Assembly (NCBI GenBank): GCA_950097015.1
Contig: CATNEN010000029.1
Location: 7,316,001-7,380,000, forward strand
Origin: Macrostomum hystrix
Lineage: Eukaryota > Animalia > Platyhelminthes
Length of the DNA: 64,000 bases
Reading direction: 5' to 3'
Shown here: positions 1 through 12,989 of the stretch, piece by piece
Position numbering within the stretch: position 1 is the stretch's first letter
Layout: every line of letters starts with the position of its first letter
Notes under the pieces: model-generated
Databases searched by the model: none
Told to the model about the DNA's origin: nothing
What the model saw: the letters and a program-made list of their open reading frames with translations, nothing else
Made by a program: the position numbers and the translations under genes

Positions 1-345
1 GTGATATTGTGACCGAATTAGGAACACTGATTAGGCCTAGGGTGACATTGTGACCTTATTGAGGACACTGATTGGAGCGACATTTTGACAAACTCTGGGA
101 CACTGGTTGGAATGACATTATGACAGAATCAAGAACACTGATTGGAGCGACATTGTGACCAAATTGGGGACACTGATTGGAGTGACAATTTGACAAACTC
201 TGGGACACTAATTGGAGTGACATTTTGAAAAACTCTGGGACACTGATTGGAGTGACATTTTGACAAACTCTGGGACACTGATTGGAGTGACATTTTGACA
301 AACTCTGGGACACTAATTGGAGTGACATTTTGACCATATTGACCA
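1..345. repeat. ~35-bp minisatellite (GACACTGATTGGAGTGACATTTTGACAAACTCTGG), probably intronic
   Basis: About 9-10 degenerate tandem copies, ending ~60 bp before the acceptor at 407. Confidence 0.9.
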
Positions 346-407
346 GATTTAGGTTTTTCTTTTGCCAATGGAGAAAGTAAACTGTCTACCTTGCCGACCC
401 TTCGCAG

Positions 408-3400
408 ACCAGCTGGCAATCTACCAGGCCTCTCCAGAAAGCCTGACCGGTCGTTTAACCTCGGACGAGGTTCGAACCCTGGCGCTGACTGACCAGGCCG
501 GCTTAGACAGCAGCGTAGGCGGTGTGCGGACTGCCATTCGAGTGGTTCGCGAGTTCGCCGACGCCGCCGCCAATTCATCGTCGACAACTTTGGACTTGCC
601 TCAAGAGAATGAGGCGCCAGTGTCTGTGCGTGTTTTACATTTTTGAAAGTAAAAATACAGCTCTTCTGCTTCAATATAACTGGCCTCACAGGAGACAAAA
701 CACTAATTTCACTTCAGCAGTCTCCGACTCTGGTTAAGATTATGAGCATTCACGCGTCGGATGCCAAACGCGAAATGAAACCAATCTGGCAGTTGCTGGG
801 CGAGGACAGGGGCGCCCTGATTGGCCTCATGGCCGATGCTGTCAAGGTGAAACTTCTATTATCACGAATTAAGGAAGGTATCGGACTGAAGGAGTGGAGG
901 ATTCAGTGGCTGTATCGGGCTGAAGGAGTGGAGGATTCAGTGGCTGTATCGGGCTGAAGGAGTGGAGGATTCAGTGGCTGTATCGGGCTGAAGGAGTGGA
1001 GGATTCAGTGGCTGTATCGGGCTGAAGGAGTGGAGGATTCAGTGGCTGGTATCATTCTAATTTGAGTCAGCGAGTCTCTTTATTGGCTCTCTTTAATTAT
1101 ACTGAGCAGCAGGCTGTGAAAGCCAGCGATGACGATCAGTGGGCCTGGTGCCTTCCCAGCCTGCTCGGCGAAGTTCTAGAGCAGCTCGTGCTCAGTCGGA
1201 GCGGTGTTCGATGCGGAGCCGCTGACGGCGGCAGCGGCGGTGGCAGCATCAGGAGCAGCGTCAGGGCAGCTGCCAGCAGCGGTGGTGGCGGCAGCAGCAG
1301 CGGCGAATGCACCGATCGCGGAGGACTGTTTATGACCTTCCGGTCGCGCGGAGGCAGCATGGCGGTGTGTTTGAGTTTTTTCTTCAGTGTATTCCAGCCC
1401 TTATTTCAGTGTTTTCCAGCCCTTATTTCAGTGTATTCCAGCCCTTATCTCAGTGTATTCCAGCCTTATCTCAGTCTATTCCAGCCTTATCTCAGTGTAT
1501 TCCAGCCTTATCTCAGTGTATTCCAGCCTTATCTCAGTGTATTCCAGCCTTATCTCAGTGTATTCCAGCACTTATCCCAGTGTATTCCAGCCCTTATCCC
1601 AGTGTATTCCAGCCCTTATCCCAGTGTATTCCAGCCTTATCTCAGTGTATTCCAGCCTTATCTCAGTGTATTCCAGCCTTATCTCAGTGTATTCCAGCAC
1701 TTATCCCAGTGTATTCCAGCCCTTATCCCATTGTATTCCAGCCCTTATCCCAGTGTATTCCAGCCCTTATCCCATTGTATTCCAGCCCTTATCCCAGTGT
1801 ATTCCAGCCCTTATCTCAGTGTATTCCAGCCCTTATGTGAGTGCATTACAGCCCCTATCGGCTAACTCCGTGCATTCCGGCTATATATCAAATGTGTACA
1901 ATCTCCTGTATTCAAGTCTGGACCTGTCTTTTGTCTGTCAGTCCACAGTCGACAGCTTCAAATCGACGGCTTCGTGTCGCGATGACGGCGCCGGTGCCGG
2001 CTCTACCATTGCCGCAGCGGCCGCGGCTGTCGCTTCAGGTGGCGACGAGTTCCACTCGGTAGGCAGCAGCAATGCCTCGTCTATGGAGCGCATATTCGCC
2101 AGGGAGTGGAGCTGGACGATTACCAATGGCGACACCGAGATCAGGTAGCAATTGCCGGAATGGTTTGTCCTAATATCCCGTTTGAGAATCATTGATCCAA
2201 ATACCTCGTTTGAGCACCATTGATACAAATATCCCGTTGGGGAATTGTGGGCCTAAAAGTATCCCATTTGAGAATCATAGGTCCAACAACATCCCATTTC
2301 AGAATCGTTATCCTAAAATATCCCATTTGAGAAACATGGGTCTAACAATATCCTTCGAGTTTTATGGACCCGAAATATCCCATATAAAGTAGCCAGGATC
2401 ATTTCTATATCTGTTCTTACATACCTTACAATATCCTGTAGCGGGATCCTAATTACGAGCGCGCCCTATGATTGATTCAGAAGCACAAAAGCGGGATTAA
2501 TATCCCAACTCGAATAAGAAATTGTCTCCTTCACCCTTGACTCTCGCAGTCTCCAAGTAATCGAGGCCCTCAGCCGGGCTCCTCCCGTCTTCCCGGACGT
2601 GACCGCCGACCAGGCGGCCGTGATGCGATTTGTAGCCGCCTACAGCCGGTATCCTCACGGGGTGGCCCAGGCCGTGCACTGCCTGCTGCAGGGCCGGCGT
2701 CTGGCCCTGCTGTGCCGCACGGAATCCGAGGCCCGACTGCTCCAGCAGGCCCTGGCCCTGTTTGTGCCATTTGCAGACTCTGGATGCTTCAGGTAGGCTT
2801 GTCATTTCAATCAGTGTCAAGTCAATCAGTGTCATGTCAATCAGTGTCATGTCAATCAGTGTCATGTCAATCAGTGTCATGTCAATCAGTGTCATGTCAA
2901 TCAGTGTCATGTCAATCAGTGTCATGTCAATCAGTGTCATTTCAATCAATGTCAAGTCAATTAGTGTCATGTCAATCAATGTCAAGTCAATCCTTGTCAA
3001 GTCAATCAGTGTCATGTCAATCAGTGTCATGTCAATCAGTGTCATGTCAATCAATGTCAAGTCAATCATTGTCAATTCAATCAATGTCATGTCAATCAGT
3101 GTCATGTCAATCAGTGTCATTTCAATCAGTGTCAAGTCAATCAGTGTCATGTCAATCAGTGTCATGTCAATCAGTGTCATGTCAATCAGTGTCATTTCAA
3201 TCAATGTCAAGTCAATTAGTGTCATGTCAATCAATGTCAAGTCAATCCTTGTCAAGTCAATCAGTGTCATGTCAATCAGTGTCATGTCAATCAGTGTCAT
3301 GTCAATCAGTGTCATGTCAATCAATGTCAAGTCAATCATTGTCAATTCAATCAATGTCATGTCAATCAGTGTCATGTCAATCAGTGTCATTTCAATCAGT

Positions 3401-6400
3401 GTCATGTCAATCAGTGTCATGTCAATCAGTGTCAAGTCAATCAGTGTCATGTCAATCAGTGTCATGTCAATCAGTGTCATGTCAATCAGTGTCATTTCAA
3501 TCAATGTCAAGTCAATTAGTGTCATGTCAATCAATGTCAAGTCAATCCTTGTCATGTCAATCAGTGTCATTTCAATCAGTGTCAAGTCAATCAGTGTCAT
3601 GTCAATCAGTGTCAAGTCAATCAGTGTCAAGTCAATCAGCGTCATGTCAATCAGTGTCATGTCAATCAGTGTCATTTCAATCAGTGTCAAGTCAATCAGT
3701 GTCATGTCAATCAGTGTCATGTCAATCAGTGTCATGTCAATCAGTGTCATTTCAATCAATGTCAAGTCAATTAGTGTCATGTCAATCAATGTCAAGTCAA
3801 TCCTTGTCAAGTCAATCAGTGTCATGTCAATCAGTGTCATGTCAATCAGTGTCATGTCAATCAATGTCAAGTCAATCATTGTCAATTCAATCAGTGTCAT
3901 GTCAATCAGTGTCATGTCAATCAGTGTCATGTCAATCAGTGTCATGTCAATCAGTGTCAAGTCAATCAGTGTCATGTCAATCAGTGTCAAGTCAATTAGT
4001 GTCATGTCAATCAGTGTCAAGTCAATCAATGTCAATTTAATCAATGTCAATTTAATCAATGTCAAGTCAATCAATGTCAAGTCAATCAGTGTCATGTCAA
4101 TCAATGTCATGTCAATCAATGTCAAGTCAATCAATGTCAATTTAATCAATGTCAAGTAAGTCAGTGTCATGTTAATCAGTGTCAATTCAATCAATGCCAA
4201 GTAAGTCAAATGTCAATTCAATCAATGTAATGTCAATCAATGTCAATTTAATCAATGTCAAGTCAATCAGTGTCATGTCTCCAAGTCAGTCATGTCAATC
4301 AATGTCATGTCAATCAATGTCATGTCAATCAATGTCATGTCAATCAATGTCAAGTAAGTCAGTGTCATGTTAATCAGTGTCAATTTTATCAATGCCAAGT
4401 AAGTCAAATGTCAATTCAATCAATGTAATGTCAATCAATGTCAATTTAATCAATGTCAAGTCAATCAGTGTCATGTCTCCAAGTCAGTCATGTCAATCAA
4501 TGTCATGTCAATCAATGTCATGTCAATCAATGTCAAGTAAGTCAGTGTCATGTTAATCAGTGTCAATTTTATCAATGCCAAGTAAGTCAAATGTCAATTC
4601 AATCAATGCCAAGTCAATCAGTGTCATGTCAATCAGTGTCAATTCAATCAATGTCAAGTCAATCAATGTCAATTTAATCAATGTCAAGTAAGTCAGTGTC
4701 AATTCAATCAATGTCAATTCAATCAATGTGAAGTCAATCGATGTCAATTTAATCAATGTCAAGTAAGTAAAATGTCAAGGCAATCAGTGTCAAGTCAATC
4801 AGTGTCAATTCAATCAATGTCAATTTAATCAATGTCAAGTCAATCGATGTCAATTTAATCAATGTCAAGTAAGTCAAATGTCAAGTCAATCAGTGTCAAG
4901 TCAATCAGTGTCAAGTCAATCAGTGTCATGCATGAGTTCCGCACCTTTAAGACGTAGATAGTCGTTCGTCATCGCTAAAAATCGTTAACTGAATTGTTAA
5001 GAATTGTTACCTGTCGTTGCTAGCTGACAAGAATCGCTAACAGCCGTCAGTCTTGAATTGCAGCGGTCCGTGGTTTTCTAAGCTGCCCGGTCTGCCGGCC
5101 CTGGCCAGGATTCCCATCGCATGCGTTCAACGGCCAGCAAGCGGCCAGATGCCCAGCTCAGCCTCCCTGCTGCGCCTACTCAGCTGCCTGGACATTGCCA
5201 ATCGGCGCTACTCGGGCCCGGCCTATCAGGGCGGCGTTCTGACGCCTCTGTTTGGCACGGACATTGGGCAGTGCGCTCAGCGATCTCAGGAGTTCGGCCT
5301 GAGGCTGGTCGATCTGTGAGAAACTGAGCTGCAAATGTGGAGTCTATTTTCAGAGAAAAAGCTTCCCTTTCTATTAGCTCTTTATATCTAATTGAGGATC
5401 CCCCAAACCCGAAGCACGATTCCTCAAATCAGAATTGGGATTCCTTAAATCCTAAGTAGGATTCCTAAAATCCTAAGTAGGATTCCTAAAATCCCAAGTA
5501 GGATTCCTAAAATCCCAAATAGGATTCCTCGAATCCCAAGTAGGATTCCTCAAATCCCAAGTAGGATTCCTCAAATCCTAAGTAGGATTCCTCAAATCCG
5601 CAGTACGATTCCTCAAATCAGAAGTGAGATTCCTTAAATCCGCAGTTCGATTCCTCAAATCCCAAGTAGGATTCCTCAAATCCGAAGTACGATTCCTCAA
5701 ATCTCAAGTAGGATTCCTCAAATCCGAAGTACGATTCCTCAAATCTCAAGTAGGATTCCTCAAATCCGAAGTACGATTCCTCAAATCAGAAGTGAGATTC
5801 CTCAAATCAGAAGTGAGATTCCTCAAATCAGAAGTACGATTCCTCAAATCCCAAGTAGGATTCCTCAAATCCCAAGTAGGATTCCTAAAATCCCAAGCAG
5901 AATTCCTAAAATCAGGGTTCCTCAAATCCCAAGTAGGATTCCTCAAATCCCAAGTAGGATTCCTCAAATCCCAAGTAGGATTCCTCAAATCCCAAGTAGG
6001 ATTCCTCAAATCCCATGTAGGATTCCTCAAATCCCAAGTAGGATTCCTAAAATCCCATGTACGATTCCTTAAATCCGCAGTACGATTCCTCAAATCAGAA
6101 TTGGGATTCCTTAAATCCGCAGTACGATTCCTCAAATCAAAAGAGGTCGGCGCCTTGGAGGTCGGCCCTCGTGGGGGCCGTGGGAGCAAATTGCATGAAA
6201 ATCCCCCAAGCCTTCTCTCCGCGTCAGTACCCCAAATAAATGTGGCCTCGCCGCGGAGTGGATCGAGAGGCAAAGGCATTTGACAGTTCTGCCACTTACC
6301 CCCCTTCCTAAGAACGATTCTTAAATTTCCTTAAATTCTGTGCAATTCTTCATAAGATTTCAAAAATCCAAACTTTAATTCCTAAGATCGTAAGTTCGAT

Positions 6401-8990
6401 TCCTCAAATTCCAAGCTACTTAAGAAATTTCTTAAATCCTCTGTACATGATTACGAAAATTGTGCAAATTTCAGAATCTTCACTGATTTAGCCCAGCTGA
6501 CCCTAACCGTAATGTCAGTGCACCTGGCCAGGTATCGCCATGTCAACAGATCAAATAGCAATGTCGCCTCCGCAGCTGCTGCTGCTGCTACTAATTCCGG
6601 TCGCAGTCCCTCTGTGTGAGCAAAAGTACCTCAGTTCCAACACTTGTCCCAGATATGTCCGAAACTCTATCTCAAAACAGAAATCCCCAATCCTATTCTA
6701 AAGCAAGAAATCCCAATTCTATCCCAAAGCAAGAAATTCCAATCCTATCCCAAAGCAAGAAATTCCAATCCTTTCCCAAAGCAAGAAATCCCCAATCCTA
6801 TTCTGAAGCAAGAAATCCCAATCCTATTCCAAAGCAAGAAATCCCAATCCTATTCCAAAACAGAAATTCCCAATCCCATTCTAAAACAGAAATTCCCAAT
6901 CCTATCCCAAAGCAAGAAATTCCCAATCCTATCCCAAAGCAAGAAATTCCCAATCCTATTCCAATGCAAGAAATCCCAATTCTATCCCAAATCCAGAAAT
7001 CCCCAATCCTATCCAAATCCGGAAATGCCCAATCCTATCTCAAATCCAGAAATCCCCAATCCTATTCCAAAGCAAGAAATCCCCAATCCTATTCCAAAAT
7101 AGAAATTCCCAATCCTATTCCAAAACATAAATTCCCAATCATATTCCAAAGCAAGAAATCCCCAATCCTATTCACAAACAGAAATTCCCAATCCTATTCC
7201 AAAACATAAATTCCCAATCATATTCCAAAGCAAGAAATCCCCAATCCTATTCCAAAGCAAGAAATCCCCAATCCTATTTCAAAAAAGAATTTCCCAATCC
7301 TATTCCAAAACAGAAATTCCCAATCCTATTCCAAAGCAAGAAATCCCAATCCTATTCCAAAGCAAGAGATCCCCAATCCTATCCAAATCCGGAAATGCCC
7401 AATCCTATCCCAAATCCAGAAATCCCTAATCAAGAAATTCCCAATCCTATTCCAAAGCAAGAAATCCCAATCCTATTCCAAAGCAAGAAATCCCAAATCC
7501 TATTCCAAAGCAAGAAATCCCCAATCCTATTTCAAAAAAGAATTTCTTAATCCTATTCCAAAACAGAAATTCCCAATCCTATTCCAAAGCAAGAAATCCC
7601 AATCCTATTCCAAAGCAAGAGATCCCCAATCCTATCCAAATCCGGAAATGCCCAATCCTATCCCAAATCCAGAAATCCCTAATCAAGAAATTCCCAATCC
7701 TATTCCAAAGCAAGAAATCCCAATCCTATTCCAAAGCAAGAAATCCCCAATCCTATTCTAAAGCAAGAAATCCCCAATACTATCCCAAGGCCAGAAATCC
7801 CCAATCCTATACCAAAGCAAGAAATCCCCAATCCTATCCCAAAATAGAAATTCCCAATCCTATTCCAAAACATAAATTCCCAATCATATTCCAAAGCAAG
7901 AAATCCCAATCCTATTCCAAAGCAAGAGATCCCCAATCCTATCCAAATCCGGAAATGCCCAATCCTATCCCAAATCCAGAAATCCCTAATCAAGAAATTC
8001 CCAATCCTATTCCAAAGCAAGAAATCCCAATCCTATTCTAAAGCAAGAAATCCCCAATCCTATTCTAAAGCAAGAAATCCCCAATACTATCCCAAGGCCA
8101 GAAATCCCCAATCCTATACCAAAGCAAGAAATCCCCAATCCTATTCCAAAATAGAAATTCCCAATCCTATTCCAAAACATAAATTCCCAATCATATTCCA
8201 AAGCAAGAAATCCCAATCCTATTCCAAAGCAAGAAATCCCCAATCCTATTCCAAAGCAAGAAATCCCCAATCCTATTTCAAAACAGAATTTCCCAATCCT
8301 ATCCCAAATCCAGAAATCCCTAATCCTATCCCTAATCAAGAAATCCCCAATCCTATTCCAAAATAGAAATTCCCAATCCTATTCCAAAACATAAATTCCC
8401 AATCATATTCCAAAGCAAGAAATCCCCAATCCTATTCCAAAGCAAGAAATCCCCAATCCTATTCCAAAGCAAGAAATCCCCAATCCTATTTCAAAACAGA
8501 ATTTCCCAATCCTATCCCAAATCCAGAAATCCCTAATCCTATCCCTAATCAAGAAATTCCCAATCCTATTCCAAAGCAAGAAATCCCAATCCTATTCTAA
8601 AGCAAGAAATCCCCAATACTATCCCAAGGCCAGAAATCCTAATCCTATCCCAAAGCCAGAAATCCCCAATCCTATACTATAACAAGAAATCCCAATTCTA
8701 TCCAAATGCAGATATCTCCAATCCTATCCCAAGACAGAAATCCCCAATCCTTATCCAAAACCAGAAATCCCCGATCCTATCCCTAATCAAGAAATCCCCA
8801 ACCCTATCCCGAAACAAGAAATCCCATATCAACTCCTTCCTATTACTGTTACAATTATTTCAAACTACATTATATTTCATTCTTTTTTTTCAGTTTGTCT
8901 CCTGCCGAGTCCCAGGAACAGTTGGCGGCGGATTTAACTAAATTCGGCATCACCCAGGACGATTATCTCATTGGCATGGTGCGTGCCTGA
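408..8990 (+). CDS. SMCR8: SMCR8-like (C9orf72-complex subunit, DENN-type) protein, 3' portion; 5' end lies upstream of the window
   Basis: Phase-consistent GT-AG exons: 408-625, 718-846, 1110-1364, 1942-2144, 2550-2792, 5064-5315, 6475-6615, 8894-8990 (TGA). Segments MRFVAAYSRYPHGVAQAVHCLLQGRRLALL...ALALFVP and SCLDIANRRYSGPAYQGGVL resemble, from recall, human SMCR8 LKFIRQYPFAHPAIYSLLSGRTLVVL...ALAIFVP and SILDLDNKTLRCPLYRGTLV. No search was run. Confidence 0.7.
878..1047. repeat. 34-bp intronic minisatellite (GTATCGGGCTGAAGGAGTGGAGGATTCAGTGGCT) x5
   Basis: Five near-identical copies inside intron 847-1109. Confidence 0.95.
1386..1858. repeat. 21/22-bp intronic minisatellite (CAGTGTATTCCAGCC(C)TTATCT/C)
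   Basis: About 22 tandem copies inside intron 1365-1941; explains the repetitive ORFs 1062, 1307 and 1387. Confidence 0.95.
2172..2385. repeat. Degenerate ~29-bp intronic minisatellite (ATCCCRTTTGAGAATCAT...)
   Basis: Recurrent ATCCCATTTGAGAA motif about every 29 bp inside intron 2145-2549. Confidence 0.7.
2800..4929. repeat. 15-bp intronic satellite (GTCAATCAGTGTCAT) with higher-order blocks
   Basis: Over 100 units starting within ~10 nt of the donor at 2793; recurring variants (GTCAAG, TTAGT, TCCTT) mark block duplications. Confidence 0.97.
5418..6138. repeat. 21-bp intronic minisatellite (GATTCCTCAAATCCCAAGTAG)
   Basis: About 33 copies inside intron 5316-6474. Confidence 0.95.
6680..8828. 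repeat. 26/27-bp intronic minisatellite (AATCCTATTCCAAAGCAAGAAATCCC[C]) with higher-order repeats
   Basis: Fills most of intron 6616-8893; multi-unit blocks recur. Confidence 0.95.
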
Positions 8991-9416
8991 ACAATTTTTA
9001 ATTGCGTCATCTGTATGCATTTTTACTACTTTCGAAAGTCAGTAGTTACATTCGCGTTATAATTTTTTCTCATCCTCAGCATTTGTCTAAGACCATTCTG
9101 GGTCGCATCAGTTCAACTGACTGTAGCAACGGCGGCCCACCATGGCAGACTTTGAGCTTGAGTTGAATCTGTTTTCTGTTGACCCGCCTGTTGTCTGTGG
9201 AGCTCATGGCTTGTACTGTTGGATTCGTTGGACACGGCGTCACTAAGCAATAAATCACTTACTAAAATAGTCAATAAATTTCATACATAATTTTTGTCTT
9301 TCATCCCACAATTATTTAGGGTTCTTAATTGCTTTCAGTTTTTATTTTGCAAAAAACGTCTTTCTACTTAAGAAAATAACTCGTGGTTGACTGAAATCGT
9401 GAAGAATTACAAGTAT

Positions 9417-11713
9417 AGTAGGACCAGCTGATGTTATTGAATGAAGGGTTAGTAGGACCAGCTGATGTTATTGAGTGAAGGGTTAGTAGGACCAGCTGAT
9501 GTTATTGAGTGAAGGGTTAGTAGGACCAGCTGATGTTATTGAGTGAAGGGTTAGTAGGACCAGCTGATGTTATTAAGTGAAGGGTTAGTAGGACCAGCTG
9601 ATGTTATTGAATGAAGGGTTAGTAGGACCAGCTGATGTTATTGAGTGAAGGGTTAGTAGGACCAGCTGATGTTATTGAGTGAAGGGTTAGTAGGACCAGC
9701 TGATGTTATTGAATGAAGGGTTAGTAGGACCAGCTGATGTTATTGAGTGAAGGGTTAGTAGGACCAGCTGATGTTATTGAGTGAAGGGTTAGTAGGACCA
9801 GCTGATGTTATTAAGTGAAGGGTTAGTAGGACCAGCTGATGTTATTGAATGAAGGGTTAGTAGGACCAGCTGATGTTATTGAGTGAAGGGTTAGTAGGAC
9901 CAGCTGATGTTATTGAGTGAAGGGTTAGTAGGACCAGCTGATGTTATTGAGTGAAGGGTTAGTAGGACCAGCTGATGTTATTGAGTGAAGGGTTAGTAGG
10001 ACCAGCTGATGTTATTAAGTGAAGGGTTAGTAGGACCAGCTGATGTTATTGAATGAAGGGTTAGTAGGACCAGCTGATGTTATTGAGTGAAGGGTTAGTA
10101 GGACCAGCTGATGTTATTAAGTGAAGGGTTAGTAGGACCAGCTGATGTTATTGAATGAAGGGTTAGTAGGACCAGCTGATGTTATTGAGTGAAGGGTTAG
10201 TAGGACCAGCTGATGTTATTGAGTGAAGGGTTAGTAGGACCAGCTGATGTTATTGAGTGAAGGGTTAGTAGGACCAGCTGATGTTATTGAGTGAAGGGTT
10301 AGTAGGACCAGCTGATGTTATTAAGTGAAGGGTTAGTAGGACCAGCTGATGTTATTGAATGAAGGGTTAGTAGGACCAGCTGATGTTATTAAGTGAAGGG
10401 TTAGTAGGACCAGCTGATGTTATTGAATGAAGGGTTAGTAGGACCAGCTGATGTTATTGAGTGAAGGGTTAGTAGGACCAGCTGATGTTATTAAGTGAAG
10501 GGTTAGTAGGACCAGCTGATGTTATTGAATGAAGGGTTAGTAGGACCAGCTGATGTTATTGAGTGAAGGGTTAGTAGGACCAGCTGATGTTATTGAGTGA
10601 AGGGTTAGTAGGACCAGCTGATGTTATTGAGTGAAGGGTTAGTAGGAACAGCTGATGTTATTGAATGAAGGGTTAGTAGGACCAGCTGATGTTATTAAGT
10701 GAAGGGTTAGTAGGACCAGCTGATGTTATTGAGTGAAGGGTTAGTAGGACCAGATGATGTTATTGAGTGAAGGGTTAGTAGGACCAGCTGATGTTATTGA
10801 GTGAAGGGTTAGTAGGACCAGCTGATGTTATTGAGTGAAGGGTTAGTAGGACCAGCTGATGTTATTGAGTGAAGGGTTAGTAGGACCAGCTGATGTTATT
10901 GAGTGAAGGGTTAGTAGGACCAGCTGATGTTATTGAGTGAAGGGTTAGTAGGACCAGCTGATGTTATTGAGTGAAGGGTTAGTAGGACCAGCTGATGTTA
11001 TTGAGTGAAGGGTTAGTAGGACCAGCTGATGTTATTGAGTGAAGGGTTAGTAGGACCAGCTGATGTTATTGAGTGAAGGGTTAGTAGGACCAGCTGATGT
11101 TATTAAGCGAAGGGTTAGTAGGACCAGCTGATGTTATTGAGTGAAGGGTTAGTAGGACCAGATGATGTTATTGAGTGAAGGGTTAGTAGGACCAGATGAT
11201 GTTATTGAGTGAAGGGTTAGTAGGACCAGATGATGTTATTGAGTGAAGGGTTAGTAGGACCAGATGATGTTATTGAGTGAAGGGTTAGTAGGACCAGCTG
11301 ATGTTATTGAATGAAGGGTTAGTAGGACCAGCTGATGTTATTGAGTGAAGGGTTAGTAGGACCAGCTGATGTTATTAAGTGAAGGGTTAGTAGGACCAGC
11401 TGATGTTATTGAGTGAAGGGTTAGTAGGACCAGATGATGTTATTGAGTGAAGGGTTAGTAGGACCAGCTGATGTTATTGAGTGAAGGGTTAGTAGGACCA
11501 AATGATGTTATTGAGTGAAGGGTTAGTAGGACCAGCTGATGTTATTGAGTGAAGGGTTAGTAGGACCAGCTGATGTTATTGAATGAAGGGTTAGTAGGAC
11601 CAGCTGATGTTATTGAATGAAGGGTTAGTAGGACCAGCTGATGTTATTAAGCGAAGGGTTAGTAGGACCAGCTGATGTTATTGAATGAAGGGTTAGTAGG
11701 GCCAGCTGAAAGG
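9417..11713. repeat. 34-bp homogeneous minisatellite (GTAGGACCAGCTGATGTTATTGAGTGAAGGGTTA), ~67 copies
   Basis: Near-perfect tandem array with a few recurring single-base variants; lies between the SMCR8-like and SLC6 genes. Confidence 0.98.
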
Positions 11714-12989
11714 GTTCGATTACTTTTGTTTATTCTCTTTGTTTTCAAATTGTCTTTTTGATTACAAAAGTTGTCACGCAAGTAATCTTTTATTCAGTTG
11801 TTTTTTCCTCACTAATCGGATAAGAAATTATGTCCTTTTGTTTTGCTTTATTAACCTGAAAATATAACGTTTTTGTCATTTACGAGCATGTTATATTACG
11901 CGTACAAACTGTTACGAAAATAATTACTAATGTTGTAGAAATAGAAAGCTTTAAACTAAGCGAAGTACTGACCGAGATATTGTCAAGCAGAGGAAATATT
12001 ATTTGGAACATAATTTCCTGTTATTTTCTATGCAAGCTTAACAGTAGAACTACCAACCCCCCAGACAATTTTTTGCTGCACCCGATCGGAACAATGCAAG
12101 CACACGAAACTCAAGAACACGGGCCATATTTTTGTTGCGCATCTTCTGAAACAAGAAACAAGTCGCCAGCTCTTCCGACCGTCGAGATATTTGTTTCTGG
12201 TCGAAGGTCCGATTTTTCCCATAAGAGCTAGTGTATTTCATACACCCCTATACACGAATTTGCACTGCGCCTCGGTGCGACCTTTCCAGACCTTCAAACT
12301 TTATCAGCATGTCACCCGAATGTGCTTGAATCATCTCCGACTTCGGCGGTCACCGACCTTTATCTAGACGGAGCTGCTGGACCTTCAACAAGTGGCACCA
12401 GCCGACTATGGTGTCCCTAAAGCGAATTTCTCTACTTTCGCTGATCAAGCCTCGAGTTTTTGTTTACCTGGAACAAGTACTTTGTTCGATGCGACTTGCC
12501 TGTTTCATTTTTAGTCTTTTCTTTGTCTGCTTCTTGGTGCTCCTCTGCTTCTCTTTTCATGAACAATTTTCTGTCTATTGCACTGTTGCCCAGTTTACTG
12601 TACTCTTTGTTTGAGATTGTGGGATAAAATAGTTTGTTTTTAGCCCGTATTTACACGTCTTGTTTGCAAGCAGTGATTTTAGTTTAAATTATAAATTACA
12701 TCCCTGCCACCTATACTGTGTCTCGTTTACACAATCTTTAAATTCTAACGGTACAATAAGCTGACCTCGTCACAGCGGGCTGTGCTGGGTGACGAGTGCG
12801 ATGCCACTTTATCCCTTCTGACAGCATCGCCTCGAGTTGAGCTTCACTGCGCCATCAATGACGGCTGGGAACCTGGTGAGCTTCATGCGTTATTAACTCG
12901 CGCATTAAAGCGTGGATTAAAACTCAGCATCACTCGCTCTGGGCGAACTGAAATACCTGCAGGCAATCTAGAATCTATTCCGCAGCAAT

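Noticed and set aside
2497-4209. 570-aa, 442-aa and 465-aa ORFs (IDMTL / SVSCQ / SISVM repeats)
   Set aside because: Translations of the 15-bp intronic satellite, open because the unit is a multiple of 3 and lacks stops. The real exons flank it.
9076-9258. Short minus-strand ORF or possible terminal exon just after the SMCR8-like stop
   Set aside because: No recognisable domain and no partner exons found; may be 3' UTR sequence of the + strand gene.
9417-11713. CRISPR-like regularity of 28-40-bp repeats (also 29308-29960, 37263-37720, 49405-50585)
   Set aside because: Units are contiguous with no unique spacers, there are no cas genes, and the context is eukaryotic.
11980-12620. Cluster of 60-83-aa ORFs suggesting a decayed gene or transposon
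   Set aside because: All frames are interrupted, and I could not identify any motif, TIR or TSD.
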